From positions 1-44,259 of the forward strand of contig PXBT01000214.1 of NCBI GenBank assembly GCA_003566815.1: a stretch of 44,259 bases of DNA, read 5' to 3'. The notes beneath the pieces are model-generated. The model did not search any database and was not told the DNA's origin. It saw nothing but the letters and a program-made list of their open reading frames with translations. How positions within the stretch are numbered: position 1 is the first letter of the stretch; the number at the start of each line of letters is the position of its first letter. Both the position numbers and the translations under genes were made by a program. Positions 1-10,300 of this stretch are shown here, piece by piece. Source of the DNA: Caldisericota bacterium (lineage in GTDB: Bacteria; Caldisericota; Caldisericia; UBA6126).

Positions 1-1510
1 CCATCATCATATTCATGCTATTAACTATCGCAGTTAGAGGCGCTCTAAGTTCATGCGAAACCATACTTATAAATTCATTTTTTATCAGCTCCAGATTTTT
101 TTGCTCTGTAATATCCCTGGCATACCCTGTGGTGCCCTCTACATTTCCTTCCTCGTCCAGCAAAGGAGCCTTATATGTCTCGACCCAAAAGATCCCCTCT
201 TCGTTTTCAATTTTTTCTTCTACCATCAAGGGTTGTTTTGTAAAAGCCACTTGATCATCATTTTTTAAATATTTTTTAGCCATTTCTTCGGGCCAAACCT
301 CATCATCCTTGTTCCCAATAATTTTTCGGAAAGGTAAATTTGCAGTTTCCTGGTATTTTTTATTAACTGCCAAATAGCGACCATGATAGTCTTTTAGCCA
401 GATAATAAAAGGAAGGCTATCCAGCAAGGTTTGCTGTCGCAATTGCATTTTTTTTAACTTTTCTTCCTGGTTTTTGCTTTCAGTGATGTCTCGAATGATG
501 ACTAAAAAACCAATAAGGAAGTTGTTATGGTTAGTTAAGGTAGTTTTTTCAATTTCATACCATTGGTTATCATTTTGTTGATGATGCTCAAAAGTATTGT
601 TTTTATCATACTCATTGGGCAAAATATCGTTTAGTTTGTATTCGAAGCAACTAATTTTTTCAATACTGCTTCCATAAGCATTTCGGTTGATCTGTGCCCA
701 TTGTCTTGCTTGCTGGTTGGCAAGCATCAACTGATTTTGCTGATTGAACACCATTACTCCTTCTCGCATGCTTTTAAAAAGCCAGTTGAGAGCGATAGGT
801 TTGATTTCAAAAAACTGATATCGGATAAACACTAAAACAAAAATCAGTGCAGTCAGGGTTAAAGCAATAGGCGTATAATCAATGCCTTTCCAGGGAGTGA
901 GTTGATATACATAGAGTACATTACCAATCCAAGGTAAAAGCATTGCAATGATCATGAGCAGAGTTCTTTGCTTGTTAATAAATTGCTGCAAAATACAATG
1001 GCGTATAAGAATAATAAGTGCAATCAAAAGGCAAAGATATGAGAATAAAGCATGAAAAATCAAAGCAGGTCCATGATGGTATTGCAGGATCATGCTATTT
1101 TCTGATTGCAAAGGGGTGAATCCCGTCCAGATCCAACCGTGCCAGACATTCGTAAAAACCAGCATCAGCACTAAGAACGATTCGATTAAAAGCCATCGAC
1201 CCCAGGAACCTTTTCTTTCCTCAATCTGATGAACATAGTGATATACAAAAAGAAAAAATAGAGGCGCAGCAAAAGCAATGCCCAAATAAGAAAGCTGTGA
1301 CAAGAAAATTTTTACAGTTTCATAATTGCTGATGAGCTCCCAGGCTTGAAAAAAACACCAGCAAAAAAGTGCCAGCAGTAATAAAAGCATATAGATTCCA
1401 CCGGGCTGATCTCTGTGCTTATAGACATTCAGCATCAAAAAAACCAGGATGCCGCAAGCAATCAGCATAATGGTTGAAAAGACTGGAATCAGCTCAAATG
1501 TTACCTGCAA
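1..1510 (-). CDS. Sensor histidine kinase with N-terminal 7TM (HisKA_7TM-like) and PAS domains, 3' end truncated by the window edge
   Basis: Absent from the ORF track because it has no stop in the window. Manual translation gives a hydrophobic N-terminus (LQVTFELIPVFSTIMLIACGILVFLML...), PAS-like segments (SMREGVMVFNQQ; LDSLPFIIWLKDYHGRYLAVN) and the H-box EFISMVSHELRAPLTAI near 30-80. SD GGAGG at 1519-1523; TTG start at 1510 (alternative GTG at 1516). Confidence 0.88.
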   Translation of the reverse strand, partial: MQVTFELIPVFSTIMLIACGILVFLMLNVYKHRDQPGGIYMLLLLLALFCWCFFQAWELISNYETVKIFLSQLSYLGIAFAAPLFFLFVYHYVHQIEERKGSWGRWLLIESFLVLMLVFTNVWHGWIWTGFTPLQSENSMILQYHHGPALIFHALFSYLCLLIALIILIRHCILQQFINKQRTLLMIIAMLLPWIGNVLYVYQLTPWKGIDYTPIALTLTALIFVLVFIRYQFFEIKPIALNWLFKSMREGVMVFNQQNQLMLANQQARQWAQINRNAYGSSIEKISCFEYKLNDILPNEYDKNNTFEHHQQNDNQWYEIEKTTLTNHNNFLIGFLVIIRDITESKNQEEKLKKMQLRQQTLLDSLPFIIWLKDYHGRYLAVNKKYQETANLPFRKIIGNKDDEVWPEEMAKKYLKNDDQVAFTKQPLMVEEKIENEEGIFWVETYKAPLLDEEGNVEGTTGYARDITEQKNLELIKNEFISMVSHELRAPLTAIVNSMNMMM

Positions 1511-1554
1511 TTGCACTTCCTCCCATTAAAAGCTATTATTAAAAGTATAATGCC

Positions 1555-3927
1555 ATGGTTAATATGATAAATAAAATTGGAAAAAGTAAAGTCATTTCAG
1601 TCCTTGATTTGGCTCAATTTCTTTTTCCTTCAGGTAATCTTTCGTTTACTTCCGCTTCTTCTGAACGCTTGCGGGAAGGAGCATCTCTTCATAGAGCTTT
1701 TCAGGCTGAAAACGAAGCTATGTCAGAAGTTTCACTTTCCAAAACTATTCCCATAAAAGGCTATTTTATCACTTTGCATGGAAGAGCTGATCAAATACTT
1801 GCTCAAGATCATGAGGTCATCATTCGAGAGATCAAAACCACCTTCCTTGCTCAAAATCAGCTTTCAATCGATACTTTCCCTTCTCACTGGCTTCAAGCTG
1901 TTGCATATGCTTTCCTCTACATTGACTCCCCTTTGGAGGATGGATCCATTAACCTTGAGTTATGTTATATTCATCTCCCTGGAAAAGAAGTCACGAGATT
2001 TAAGAAATCATTTACCCATGAAAAAATTTTTGAGCTGGCTTATGGTATGCTTGAATCCTATATCGCCTGGCAAAAAAAAGCAGATGACTGGATAATGCTG
2101 AGAAATAAATCCCTTCAATGCTCTTCTTTCCCTTTTAAAGGGATAAGAAAAGGTCAAAAAGAAGTTATGGAAAAAGTCAGTGAATGTTTTCAATTTTCAA
2201 CTTCTTTATGGGTTGAAGCTCCCACGGGAATAGGAAAAACCATGGCTGTGCTTTACCCTGCCCTTCAAGGCTTGAAAGATGGTTGTTTTGAAAAAATATT
2301 CTACCTGACCTCTAAAACTTCTCAGCAAATTCATGTTAATGAAGCCATTAATGTTTTAAGTTCAAAAGGTATAAAATTAAGAAGTATCCATTTAACAGCA
2401 AAAGAAAAAATCTGCTCAAACCAAGAAGGCAAATGTCAACCCCATCAGTGCCCCTTTGCAATCAAGTATTATGAGCGCCAAAGAGAGGGTCTTGAAGAGC
2501 TTCTTAAGATGGAATGCTTTAACAGCATGGATGCTTTTGTAATTGCTCAGCAATTCAGGCTCTGTCCTTTTGAATTTTTGCTGGATGCCTCTGTTTGGGC
2601 AGATATAATCATTGGAGATTACAACTATTATTTTGATCCCCGAGTACAACTGAAGCGGTATCTTAATCATCCACATTTTCAAGCGGTGGTGCTGGTAGAT
2701 GAGGCTCACAACCTTATAGACAGAGCTCGAAGCATGTATTCTTCCATATTGTTTAAAAAAAAGATTTGGCGCATTATGAAAAGCAGTCGAAGCAAAGAAC
2801 CTTCTGTTCATGAAGCATTAAAGCCTTTGCATGCATGGTTTCGAAATGAAGAAAAGGAATCTTTGGTTTTTTCACCACAGGGATATCCTCTTGAACATTT
2901 CCCCGAAACTCTTGAAATCATGCTCGAAGATGCACAGCAAGCTTACCTTGAGATAATGAAAAAAAATCCAGACCATATATGGTCAAGCGAATCGATGGAG
3001 CTTTATTATGAAATTAGCTTCATGTTAAGATTAATTCAACGATTTGATCAACGATATTTTACCTTTATTGGGCAAACCAAACAGGATGTTTTTTTAAAAA
3101 TATTTTGTATGGACCCCTCTATTGAACTCAGAGAAAGCTTTGATAAATCAGCATCAAAAGTTCTTTTTTCAGCGACACTGAGCCCATTGCCTTATTATAA
3201 AGATAGTCTGGGCGGATCTTTGGAAGAAGATGAATACAAGGCATCCTCTCCTTTTCCTCGTGAAAACTTGCTAACGCTTTTGGATGCTTCCGTTTCCACA
3301 AGATGGAAGGACCGCAAGTCTTCATTGAAAGATGTAAAGCAACTTATTCTAACCGCCACTCTTGCCAAAAAGGGTAACTATATGGTGTATTTTCCTTCAT
3401 ACCAGTACATGCAAGACCTGGTCAGGCTGATTGAAGAAAATGATTCCCTCCGAATAATAATGCAGCAAGCTAAAATGAATGAAAAAGAAAAAAAAGATTT
3501 TATTGATGCCTTTCAAGAGGAAAGAAGTTCCACTTTGATAGCCATGGCAGTCCTGGGAGGATCTTTTTCAGAAGGCATAGACCTGGTGGGAGAAAAATTG
3601 CATGGAGTTATTATTGTTGGAGTGGGGCACCCCAGCATTTGCATGGAAAGAGAATTAATAAAAAAATATTACGATGAACAAAATGGAAAAGGGTATGCCT
3701 ATGCTTACCTTTATCCCGGGGTCAACAAAGTGGTGCAAGCTGGAGGTCGAGTCATTCGATCTCTCTCAGACAAGGGTTTTATTTTACTCATTGATGATCG
3801 CTTTGCTCAATCAAATTATCATCAATTGCTTCCTGATCACTGGAAACCTTTGCACCTATTAAAAAATTGCGAAGACCTTCATGATCAGCTTGTATCATTT
3901 TGGCAGACAGGGGGACGGGGGTGTTGA
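1555..3927 (+). CDS. DinG/Rad3/XPD-family Fe-S DNA helicase with N-terminal PD-(D/E)XK nuclease-like domain
   Basis: Helicase motifs APTGIGKT, DEAHN, SATL, EGIDL and QAGGRVIR. Four Fe-S Cys (ICSNQEGKCQPHQCPF...LCPFE). N-terminal nuclease-like motifs GRADQI...IREIKT...QAVAYA. Confidence 0.9.
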   Translation: MVNMINKIGKSKVISVLDLAQFLFPSGNLSFTSASSERLREGASLHRAFQAENEAMSEVSLSKTIPIKGYFITLHGRADQILAQDHEVIIREIKTTFLAQNQLSIDTFPSHWLQAVAYAFLYIDSPLEDGSINLELCYIHLPGKEVTRFKKSFTHEKIFELAYGMLESYIAWQKKADDWIMLRNKSLQCSSFPFKGIRKGQKEVMEKVSECFQFSTSLWVEAPTGIGKTMAVLYPALQGLKDGCFEKIFYLTSKTSQQIHVNEAINVLSSKGIKLRSIHLTAKEKICSNQEGKCQPHQCPFAIKYYERQREGLEELLKMECFNSMDAFVIAQQFRLCPFEFLLDASVWADIIIGDYNYYFDPRVQLKRYLNHPHFQAVVLVDEAHNLIDRARSMYSSILFKKKIWRIMKSSRSKEPSVHEALKPLHAWFRNEEKESLVFSPQGYPLEHFPETLEIMLEDAQQAYLEIMKKNPDHIWSSESMELYYEISFMLRLIQRFDQRYFTFIGQTKQDVFLKIFCMDPSIELRESFDKSASKVLFSATLSPLPYYKDSLGGSLEEDEYKASSPFPRENLLTLLDASVSTRWKDRKSSLKDVKQLILTATLAKKGNYMVYFPSYQYMQDLVRLIEENDSLRIIMQQAKMNEKEKKDFIDAFQEERSSTLIAMAVLGGSFSEGIDLVGEKLHGVIIVGVGHPSICMERELIKKYYDEQNGKGYAYAYLYPGVNKVVQAGGRVIRSLSDKGFILLIDDRFAQSNYHQLLPDHWKPLHLLKNCEDLHDQLVSFWQTGGRGC

Positions 3928-3930
3928 CTC
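3905..3930 (+). repeat. Left inverted repeat flanking the RAYT-like transposase
   Basis: AGACAGGGGGACGGGGGTGTTGACTC closely matches the reverse complement of 4762-4787 (AGACAAGGGGACGGGGGGGGTTGTCT). Confidence 0.8.
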
Positions 3931-3970
3931 ATTTTTAACTTTTTTCTAAAATCTTTATGAGGAGGTTGTA

Positions 3971-4732
3971 GTGCCAAGAACAGCAAGAAAATTAAGTGAA
4001 AGTGGAATTTATCATATAATGGTTCGTGGGATCAATAGAAACATCATTTTTAGAGATGAAAACGATATCCGACATTTTCTTCAAATCCTAAGCACTTTAA
4101 AAAAAGATGGCAGTTTTGCTCTGTATGGCTATTGCTTTATGAGTAACCATGTTCATCTTTTGCTTCATGAAAAAACATTTTCATTGAGCGAGATCATGCG
4201 CAGGCTTGGAAGCAGTTATGTATCTTGGCACAATCGTAAATATGATCGAATAGGCTACCTGTTTCAAGATCGCTTTAAAAGTGAACCAGTTGAAGATAAT
4301 GCATACTTTTTAACTGTATTGCGTTATATTCATCAAAACCCTTTCAAAGCAGGGTTAATAAGCAATATTAGTGAATACCAATGGAGCAGTTATCCTGACT
4401 ATTTATATGCTAAAGGTTTTACTGATATTGACTTTGCGTTAAATATGTTCCATTCTGACAGAAAAAAAGCATTGCATGAATTCACTGTTTTTCATCTCAA
4501 ACAAACTGATGAACAATGCCTCGACATTGATGCCCCTCAGCCCATTTGTGACCAAAAAGCAACTGAGATCATCATAGAAGTATGCAAGATTAAACAACCT
4601 TCAGATTTGCTTAAAATGGATAAAACTTCTCGAAGAACCTTATTAAATAAATTAAAAGTTCAACAAGGCTTATCAATCAGACAAATTGAAAGACTAACAG
4701 GGATTAATCGAAATACTGTTTATAAATCTTAA
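3971..4732 (+). CDS. REP-associated tyrosine transposase (RAYT)-like HUH/Y1 transposase (IS200 superfamily) with C-terminal HTH
   Basis: MPRTAR...YHIMVRG start, HUH motif CFMSNHVHLL, LFQDRFKS, catalytic YIHQNP, YQWSSY, and HTH LSIRQIERLTGINRNTV. SD GGAGG precedes the GTG start. Confidence 0.92.
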   Translation: MPRTARKLSESGIYHIMVRGINRNIIFRDENDIRHFLQILSTLKKDGSFALYGYCFMSNHVHLLLHEKTFSLSEIMRRLGSSYVSWHNRKYDRIGYLFQDRFKSEPVEDNAYFLTVLRYIHQNPFKAGLISNISEYQWSSYPDYLYAKGFTDIDFALNMFHSDRKKALHEFTVFHLKQTDEQCLDIDAPQPICDQKATEIIIEVCKIKQPSDLLKMDKTSRRTLLNKLKVQQGLSIRQIERLTGINRNTVYKS

Positions 4733-4759
4733 GAAATCATGCGATAATCTGCGATAAAA

Positions 4760-4804
4760 AAAGACAACCCCCCCCGTCCCCTTGTCTTTCGTCCCCTTGT
4801 CTTT
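4760..4804. repeat. Right inverted repeat plus tandem 15-bp direct repeat (CGTCCCCTTGTCTTT x2)
   Basis: CGTCCCCTTGTCTTT occurs at 4775-4789 and 4790-4804. AAAGACAA (4760-4767) can pair with TTGTCTTT (4782-4789). Confidence 0.85.
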
Positions 4805-5834
4805 AAATGATAAGCATGGCATCGCCAAAGCTATAAAAGTGATAAGACTGTTCAATAGCCTCCTGGTAGGCTTTTAAAATCCCTTCTCTGTTATAAAATG
4901 CGCTTACAAGCATAATGAGGGTTGAGCCTGGTAAATGAAAATTGGTGATCAAGCTGTCAACAACTTGATAGGCATGCCCAGGACGAATAAATAATTTTGT
5001 TGACCCTGATCCTGCCTGAACTTGCCCATCCCGAGCCAGGCTCTCAAGAGTTCGTGTTACAGTCGTACCAACAGCAATGCATCTTCCGCCCTGCTTTCTT
5101 CTTTGGTTGATTTCATCTGCAACTTCTTGTGAAAGATGATAAAATTCTTCATCCATGGTATGACTTTCTATATCTTCAACCTTGACTGGCTTAAAAGTGC
5201 CAGGTCCAATATGCAAGGTAAGATAATTCACAGCAACGCCTTTTTCTTGAATCGCTTCCAGAAGATCATGAGTAAAGTGAAGCCCTGCAGTTGGAGCCGC
5301 AACAGAACCTTCTTTTTCAGCATAAACCGTTTGGTAATATTCTTTCCACTGGTCAGGATCTGAATGAATATAGGGAGGCAATGGTGTTTTTCCCACTTTA
5401 TCCAGAAGGTTTAAAAATGAAGTGTTGCTGTCCCATTCAAACTCAATGATTCGCTCACCCTGGGGAAGAACTTCCAACACCCTGGCTTTAATAAGACCTG
5501 AAGGATGCATTAAAAATGAACCGGTACGAGCTTTTTTTCCTGGAGATACATAGCAAACCCATTGCTTGTCCGTTCTGGGTCGGATCAATAAGACTTCCAG
5601 AGGACTGGAGGTTTCTTCTCGTTGCATCCACAATCGAGCAGGGATCACACGAGTATTGTTTAAAACAAGAATGTCCTCGGGATGCAAAAAATCCAATAAA
5701 TGAAAAAAATGTCGATGTTCTATTTTTCCCGAAACTCTATCGATCACCATCAATCGAGCCTGATCTCGATTTAATGATGGCTCCTGTGCAATCAAATGCC
5801 GAGGTAAATCAAAGTAAAAGTCAGTAGTTTTCAT
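4803..5834 (-). CDS. queA: S-adenosylmethionine:tRNA ribosyltransferase-isomerase
   Basis: DFYFDLP...IAQEP, NNTRVIPAR, PLPPYI, AAPTAGLHFT, TNFHLP and YSFGDAM. Start set at ATG 5834, which forms an ATGA overlap with the rarA stop. Confidence 0.97.
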   Translation of the reverse strand: MKTTDFYFDLPRHLIAQEPSLNRDQARLMVIDRVSGKIEHRHFFHLLDFLHPEDILVLNNTRVIPARLWMQREETSSPLEVLLIRPRTDKQWVCYVSPGKKARTGSFLMHPSGLIKARVLEVLPQGERIIEFEWDSNTSFLNLLDKVGKTPLPPYIHSDPDQWKEYYQTVYAEKEGSVAAPTAGLHFTHDLLEAIQEKGVAVNYLTLHIGPGTFKPVKVEDIESHTMDEEFYHLSQEVADEINQRRKQGGRCIAVGTTVTRTLESLARDGQVQAGSGSTKLFIRPGHAYQVVDSLITNFHLPGSTLIMLVSAFYNREGILKAYQEAIEQSYHFYSFGDAMLII

Positions 5835-7138
5835 AGTTTTCCTAATTTTTTTTGAATTTTTTCCCATCGCTCTTTAAAGTACGCCTCTTTACCTCGAGCA
5901 ACAGGATGATAAAGTCTAAGATTCCTTAGCCTCTCGGGAAGATAGTCCTGCTGATAAACTTCATCGTCCTGAGAAGGTGGATACACATAATCTTTTCCAT
6001 AGCCATATTCTTTCATCCATCGAGTAGGAGCATTGCGAATCACCATAGGAACTTCTTCAAAAGGATGCTTGTCCACCCAGGCTTTTGCCTCATTTATAGC
6101 TTGATAAGAAGAAATACTCTTGGGCGCCAGTCCCAGGTAAATCACTAATTCTGCAAGGATACAATCGCACTCAGGAACCCCTATGACCTGACATGACTGA
6201 AACACATTCATTGCCAGCACCAAAGCAAAAGGATCCGCAAGCCCCACATCCTCCGAGGCAAATCGCACCAATCTGCGGGCAATGTATATGGGATCTTCTC
6301 CAGCATGAAGCATGCAGGCGAGATAATATAATCCAGCATCCACATCCGAGCCCCTCAGACTTTTATGCAGGGCTGAAATATAATCATAGTGATGCTCACC
6401 TTTTTTGTCATAACGAGGTATTCTTTTTTGAAGAATGTTTTGCAAATACTCTTCATCAATCAAAGTGCATTGTTCTTTTTTTGCAGTCATTGCTACGGTT
6501 TCAAGGACATTCAAAGCAACTCTTGCATCACCTGAAGAGTAAACACAAAGAAGGTTAATTGCTGTTTGAGACCATTGAAGATTTTCCTTCCCCAAGCCTT
6601 TTTCTTTATCAGCAAGGGCTCGTTTTACAATATTCCCGATATCATCTTCGTTTAAAGCATGCAAAACTAATATCTTTAACCTCGAAAGCAAGGCATTATT
6701 AAGCTCAAAAGAAGGATTTTCAGTGGTAGCTCCAATCAAGATAATGTGCCCTCTTTCAATATAAGGCAAAAAAGCATCCTGTTGCAGTTTGTTGAATCGA
6801 TGAATTTCATCAACAAAAAGAATTAGTCGAGTATTTCTTTCGCTCACTTCTTTGAGCAACTTCTTTATTTCAGGAATACCCGAAATCACTGCACTGAATC
6901 TGATGAAGGGCAATGAAGTGTAATCTGCAATCAGATTTGCCAGGGTGGTTTTTCCGCTTCCTGGTGGTCCCCAAAAAACTATGGACGGGAAATTTTTTCG
7001 AGATAGTAGTTCGGTCAGAAGTTTGCCAGGTCCCAGCAAATGCGACTGACCTGCAACCTCTTCCAGGGAGGAAGGTCGCATGCGCTCTGCAAGTGGTTTG
7101 ATTAATGAGTCATCCTCACGGGAAAAAAGCATACTCAT
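5831..7138 (-). CDS. rarA: Replication-associated recombination protein A (RarA/MgsA AAA+ ATPase)
   Basis: PLAERMRP, GPPGSGKTT, DEIHRFNK, GATTENPSF, SALHKSLRGSD and ASEDVGLAD. Confidence 0.96.
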   Translation of the reverse strand: MSMLFSREDDSLIKPLAERMRPSSLEEVAGQSHLLGPGKLLTELLSRKNFPSIVFWGPPGSGKTTLANLIADYTSLPFIRFSAVISGIPEIKKLLKEVSERNTRLILFVDEIHRFNKLQQDAFLPYIERGHIILIGATTENPSFELNNALLSRLKILVLHALNEDDIGNIVKRALADKEKGLGKENLQWSQTAINLLCVYSSGDARVALNVLETVAMTAKKEQCTLIDEEYLQNILQKRIPRYDKKGEHHYDYISALHKSLRGSDVDAGLYYLACMLHAGEDPIYIARRLVRFASEDVGLADPFALVLAMNVFQSCQVIGVPECDCILAELVIYLGLAPKSISSYQAINEAKAWVDKHPFEEVPMVIRNAPTRWMKEYGYGKDYVYPPSQDDEVYQQDYLPERLRNLRLYHPVARGKEAYFKERWEKIQKKLGKL

Positions 7139-7326
7139 TCGTGTTGTTGTCTGAATTGTTCTTTCTGTTTATATTTTTCAGATTGCACCAATACTTCAAC
7201 CATTTCACCCAGTTTTTTTTCTATCCTAACAATAGCTACCAGAGCTCTTACCAACAAAAGCAGGAAAGCAAGCGCAAGCAAAGATAATGAGGCATAAAAT
7301 ACAATAAACCATATCCAATTTTCCAT
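7135..7326 (-). CDS. Small single-TM membrane protein of unknown function
   Basis: 63 aa with a hydrophobic N-terminal half. SD AAGGAG upstream; ATGA overlap with the rarA start. Confidence 0.7.
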   Translation of the reverse strand: MENWIWFIVFYASLSLLALAFLLLLVRALVAIVRIEKKLGEMVEVLVQSEKYKQKEQFRQQHE

Positions 7327-7374
7327 TTTTTCTCCTTAATCGTCAAGCTATATCTTTTCCATTATAACGACATT

Positions 7375-10300
7375 TTATGGAACTTGCAGTTGCAGATTGG
7401 CATGAAATTGCATAGAAGTAGTTAGGTAAGGATTATAAATTATCACATAGAAAGGATAGACATCCTGGTAGGGAATTTCTATCAAATTTTCAAAAGTAGG
7501 ATCAATTTTGATCAATTTTCCTGAGTCAATCTCTTTTCCTTTTTGCAATTTTTCCCACTGAGTTTCATTTACGATCCATGCTTTTAATGAGACTGGAGAG
7601 ATTTCCCAATGCTCCAAATAACCTAATACAGTAAAATAGCCATCAATCCAGGGTAAATGAATTTGTTCTGTATGTATTGTTTCGAAAGAAAAATTAACTT
7701 TCATAGTATCTCTATAGTTAAGCTCAAGAGCTTCTTTTTGGGCATTCCATTCAATTTTTAAGTCAAATATTTCACCCATCGCACGAATTGATATGTAAAT
7801 AAAATTATCTATCTTTAAGATCAATGGGTGATCAAATAAAAACTCTTTACCTCTTGTAAGCACCTTATTGTTGACAAAATCAAGTTCCCAAAATCTTTCA
7901 TTCTTCTTTAATCTAATGAAATCATTGGAGATAAATTCGATACTTGAGTCCACAAATTCAGCAAATATATCCAACTTTATGTAACCTCTGTTTGTAGCGG
8001 GGTCTATAATTGCTTCTTCTCCAGGAAAGCTGCCAAAATGAAGCGTTTTAGTTCGAATATCTCTTTCGTTTTGTATTAAAGAGAGTGAAGGTTGAACGGT
8101 GGAAAATGCATTACTTCTCGAGCCCGGCACCTGAACATGAATCTCATCCTCATAAACCTGTTCTTTTGATAGCAAGAAACTATGTACAGAGCCTATGCGG
8201 GAAACCACCTGCAGTGTAAAGTTTTGCGAACCAACTTGCTTGATTACAGCCTTCCCATTTCCATCAGTATATCCTATGGCAGAAATAAAAGGAAGCTTCT
8301 GGTATCCCGCCTCCATAGGCCAATGACTCCAAAGCTCTATTCTTGCCCCATCAAGAGGTTTGTTTTGTTGATCTGTTACAAGAAAGCTATAATCGTTTAA
8401 TTTCTCAGGAGGATTATAAGGAAGATGAGATCTTCTTACATGATCATATTTGCCATTTCCTTCCCATGCCATTGGCCATGAAAAAACTCTCGCTCCCCAA
8501 TTACGATAATAAACTAAAGAATCACCAATATAATCCTGCCAACTTTGATTTTCTCCTGCTTCTCCTGATGAAGCGTCTGCATGGTGCCATCCATCAGCCC
8601 AAAAATTATTAAATTGATGATCTTCTCCCAAAGCCACAATGATAATTGTTGGAATATTCATTGCTCGGGCAGCAGCCTCAAAAATAATGGACCATTCACC
8701 ACACCAGATCCCCGCATCTTCATTCAAAAGATTATGGTATATGTTGTACCATCCACGAGGTTTTTCTCCCATTTGCCACACTCCGCCAATATCTACCTTG
8801 AACCAGTAAAGTACCTTCCAGGCTGCTTCATAAAGAGTATCGGCATCACTTACTCTGGAAAAAAGTGATTTTCCATAGGTTTCATCTTTTGGCAAATAAG
8901 TGCGATAAAAATTTTTATCATATAAGGTTTCATAAGCTGTTGGAACCATTAAGTAGCGATTTAGCATCACCAGATAAGGATAATATATTTCTAAAGGCAT
9001 AATTTTCCATCCATCCTCTGTTGCATATTTTAGTGTATTGCCTTCATCGCTCAAAACCATTTCAACATATTTAACAGAAGCTGCCATCTGATGAATCCCC
9101 GTAGCGTTTTCAATCAAAATATCCAATAAATCGAGGCGAAGATAGGAAATAAGATCCTCTGTTTGAAAATGAGCAATGCAATAGATAACTTCATGGCTTA
9201 TCAAAGGATTGAGATTTGAGATAAATTGTGCACATTTTTTCAATAAACCTTCGTGATATCCTTTGGCATACAACAAATTTCCATCCCTGTGATAGCCAGA
9301 GCCACCAAAGAAATTGTTCAAAGGATTATTGGAAGCATCTGATTTCATTCGATGCCAATGAGGCTGGTCTTCAGTTCCATGATTAAGCAGATACATAAGA
9401 GGGTCTGAAGAGTTTGAATAAATTAGATCTGTTCTTCCGTTGGTGTTAAGATCTAAAAAAGCAATATTTGATAACCCCTGACCCAATTTTTTTCCCCATA
9501 GCTGAAAAGATGTGAACAGGGGAGGGCATCCTTTCATACGATAGGTCGACAAATCGCCTTTCTTTCCACTTAAAAACAATATAGCTTCTCCATTGGGCAA
9601 CAAATGTACTGCAGGCTGCGCAAAACCCTCCGCAAACACCCCTTTTCCAACCAGAGTGTCTCCCCATTGCTCTTCCCAATAAGGGAAAAAATCATCCTCA
9701 AGTATCCATGTATTAGATTCATAGCGCAATAACAAAAGAGTTCCATCTTCTTTTCCTAAAATAAGACAGGGCTGTTGGTTCCACCAAAAACCTGTAATGC
9801 GCCAATGATCCCCTTCAGACTCTGAAGAAAATATGATCGAAGGCTCAGAAAAAGAAAGTGACTCCTCATTTGATAAATTTTTCTTTCTAAAAATAGTATT
9901 GCCCGCAACATAAAAAATATCTGCAAAACCATCCTGGCTCATATCCAAAAGACAGGCAGAAAAAATAGTTTCATCCCTTTCCGCAAGTTTTATTTCATGC
10001 TCCATTCTTAAATCATGAGCTCCAGGGATTTTTTGATTAAAAAAAAATTGTAGCCATTTTTGCTCACTTAGAACTATTAAATCCTTTCTCCCGTTTCCAT
10101 TTAAGTCTCCTGTGGATATGGATGCATTAGGGCCACCTTTTATAGGGCGTTTGTTGATGGCATAAAACTGTTTTTTCAGCTCTGATTGCAACCAAACAGG
10201 GGCATCATAAATTGCATCCAAAGCTATAGCAGGCAATGTTATCTTGTTTTCTGAAAGGTAATTAATGTCGCCATTTGAAGAAATCTCCCATGCTTGATAT

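Larger units (their letters stand above)
3905..4804 (+). mobile_element. Putative Y1/HUH (RAYT-like) element bounded by GGGGAC-core inverted repeats
   Basis: The transposase ORF lies between GC-rich imperfect inverted repeats in an otherwise AT-rich context. Confidence 0.65.

Noticed and set aside
15..268. Two short plus-strand ORFs
   Set aside because: They are antisense to the histidine kinase.
1555..2100. Cas4-like nuclease plus DinG as a type IV CRISPR component
   Set aside because: There is no array and no csf/cas gene; the protein fits the common stand-alone nuclease-helicase fusion.
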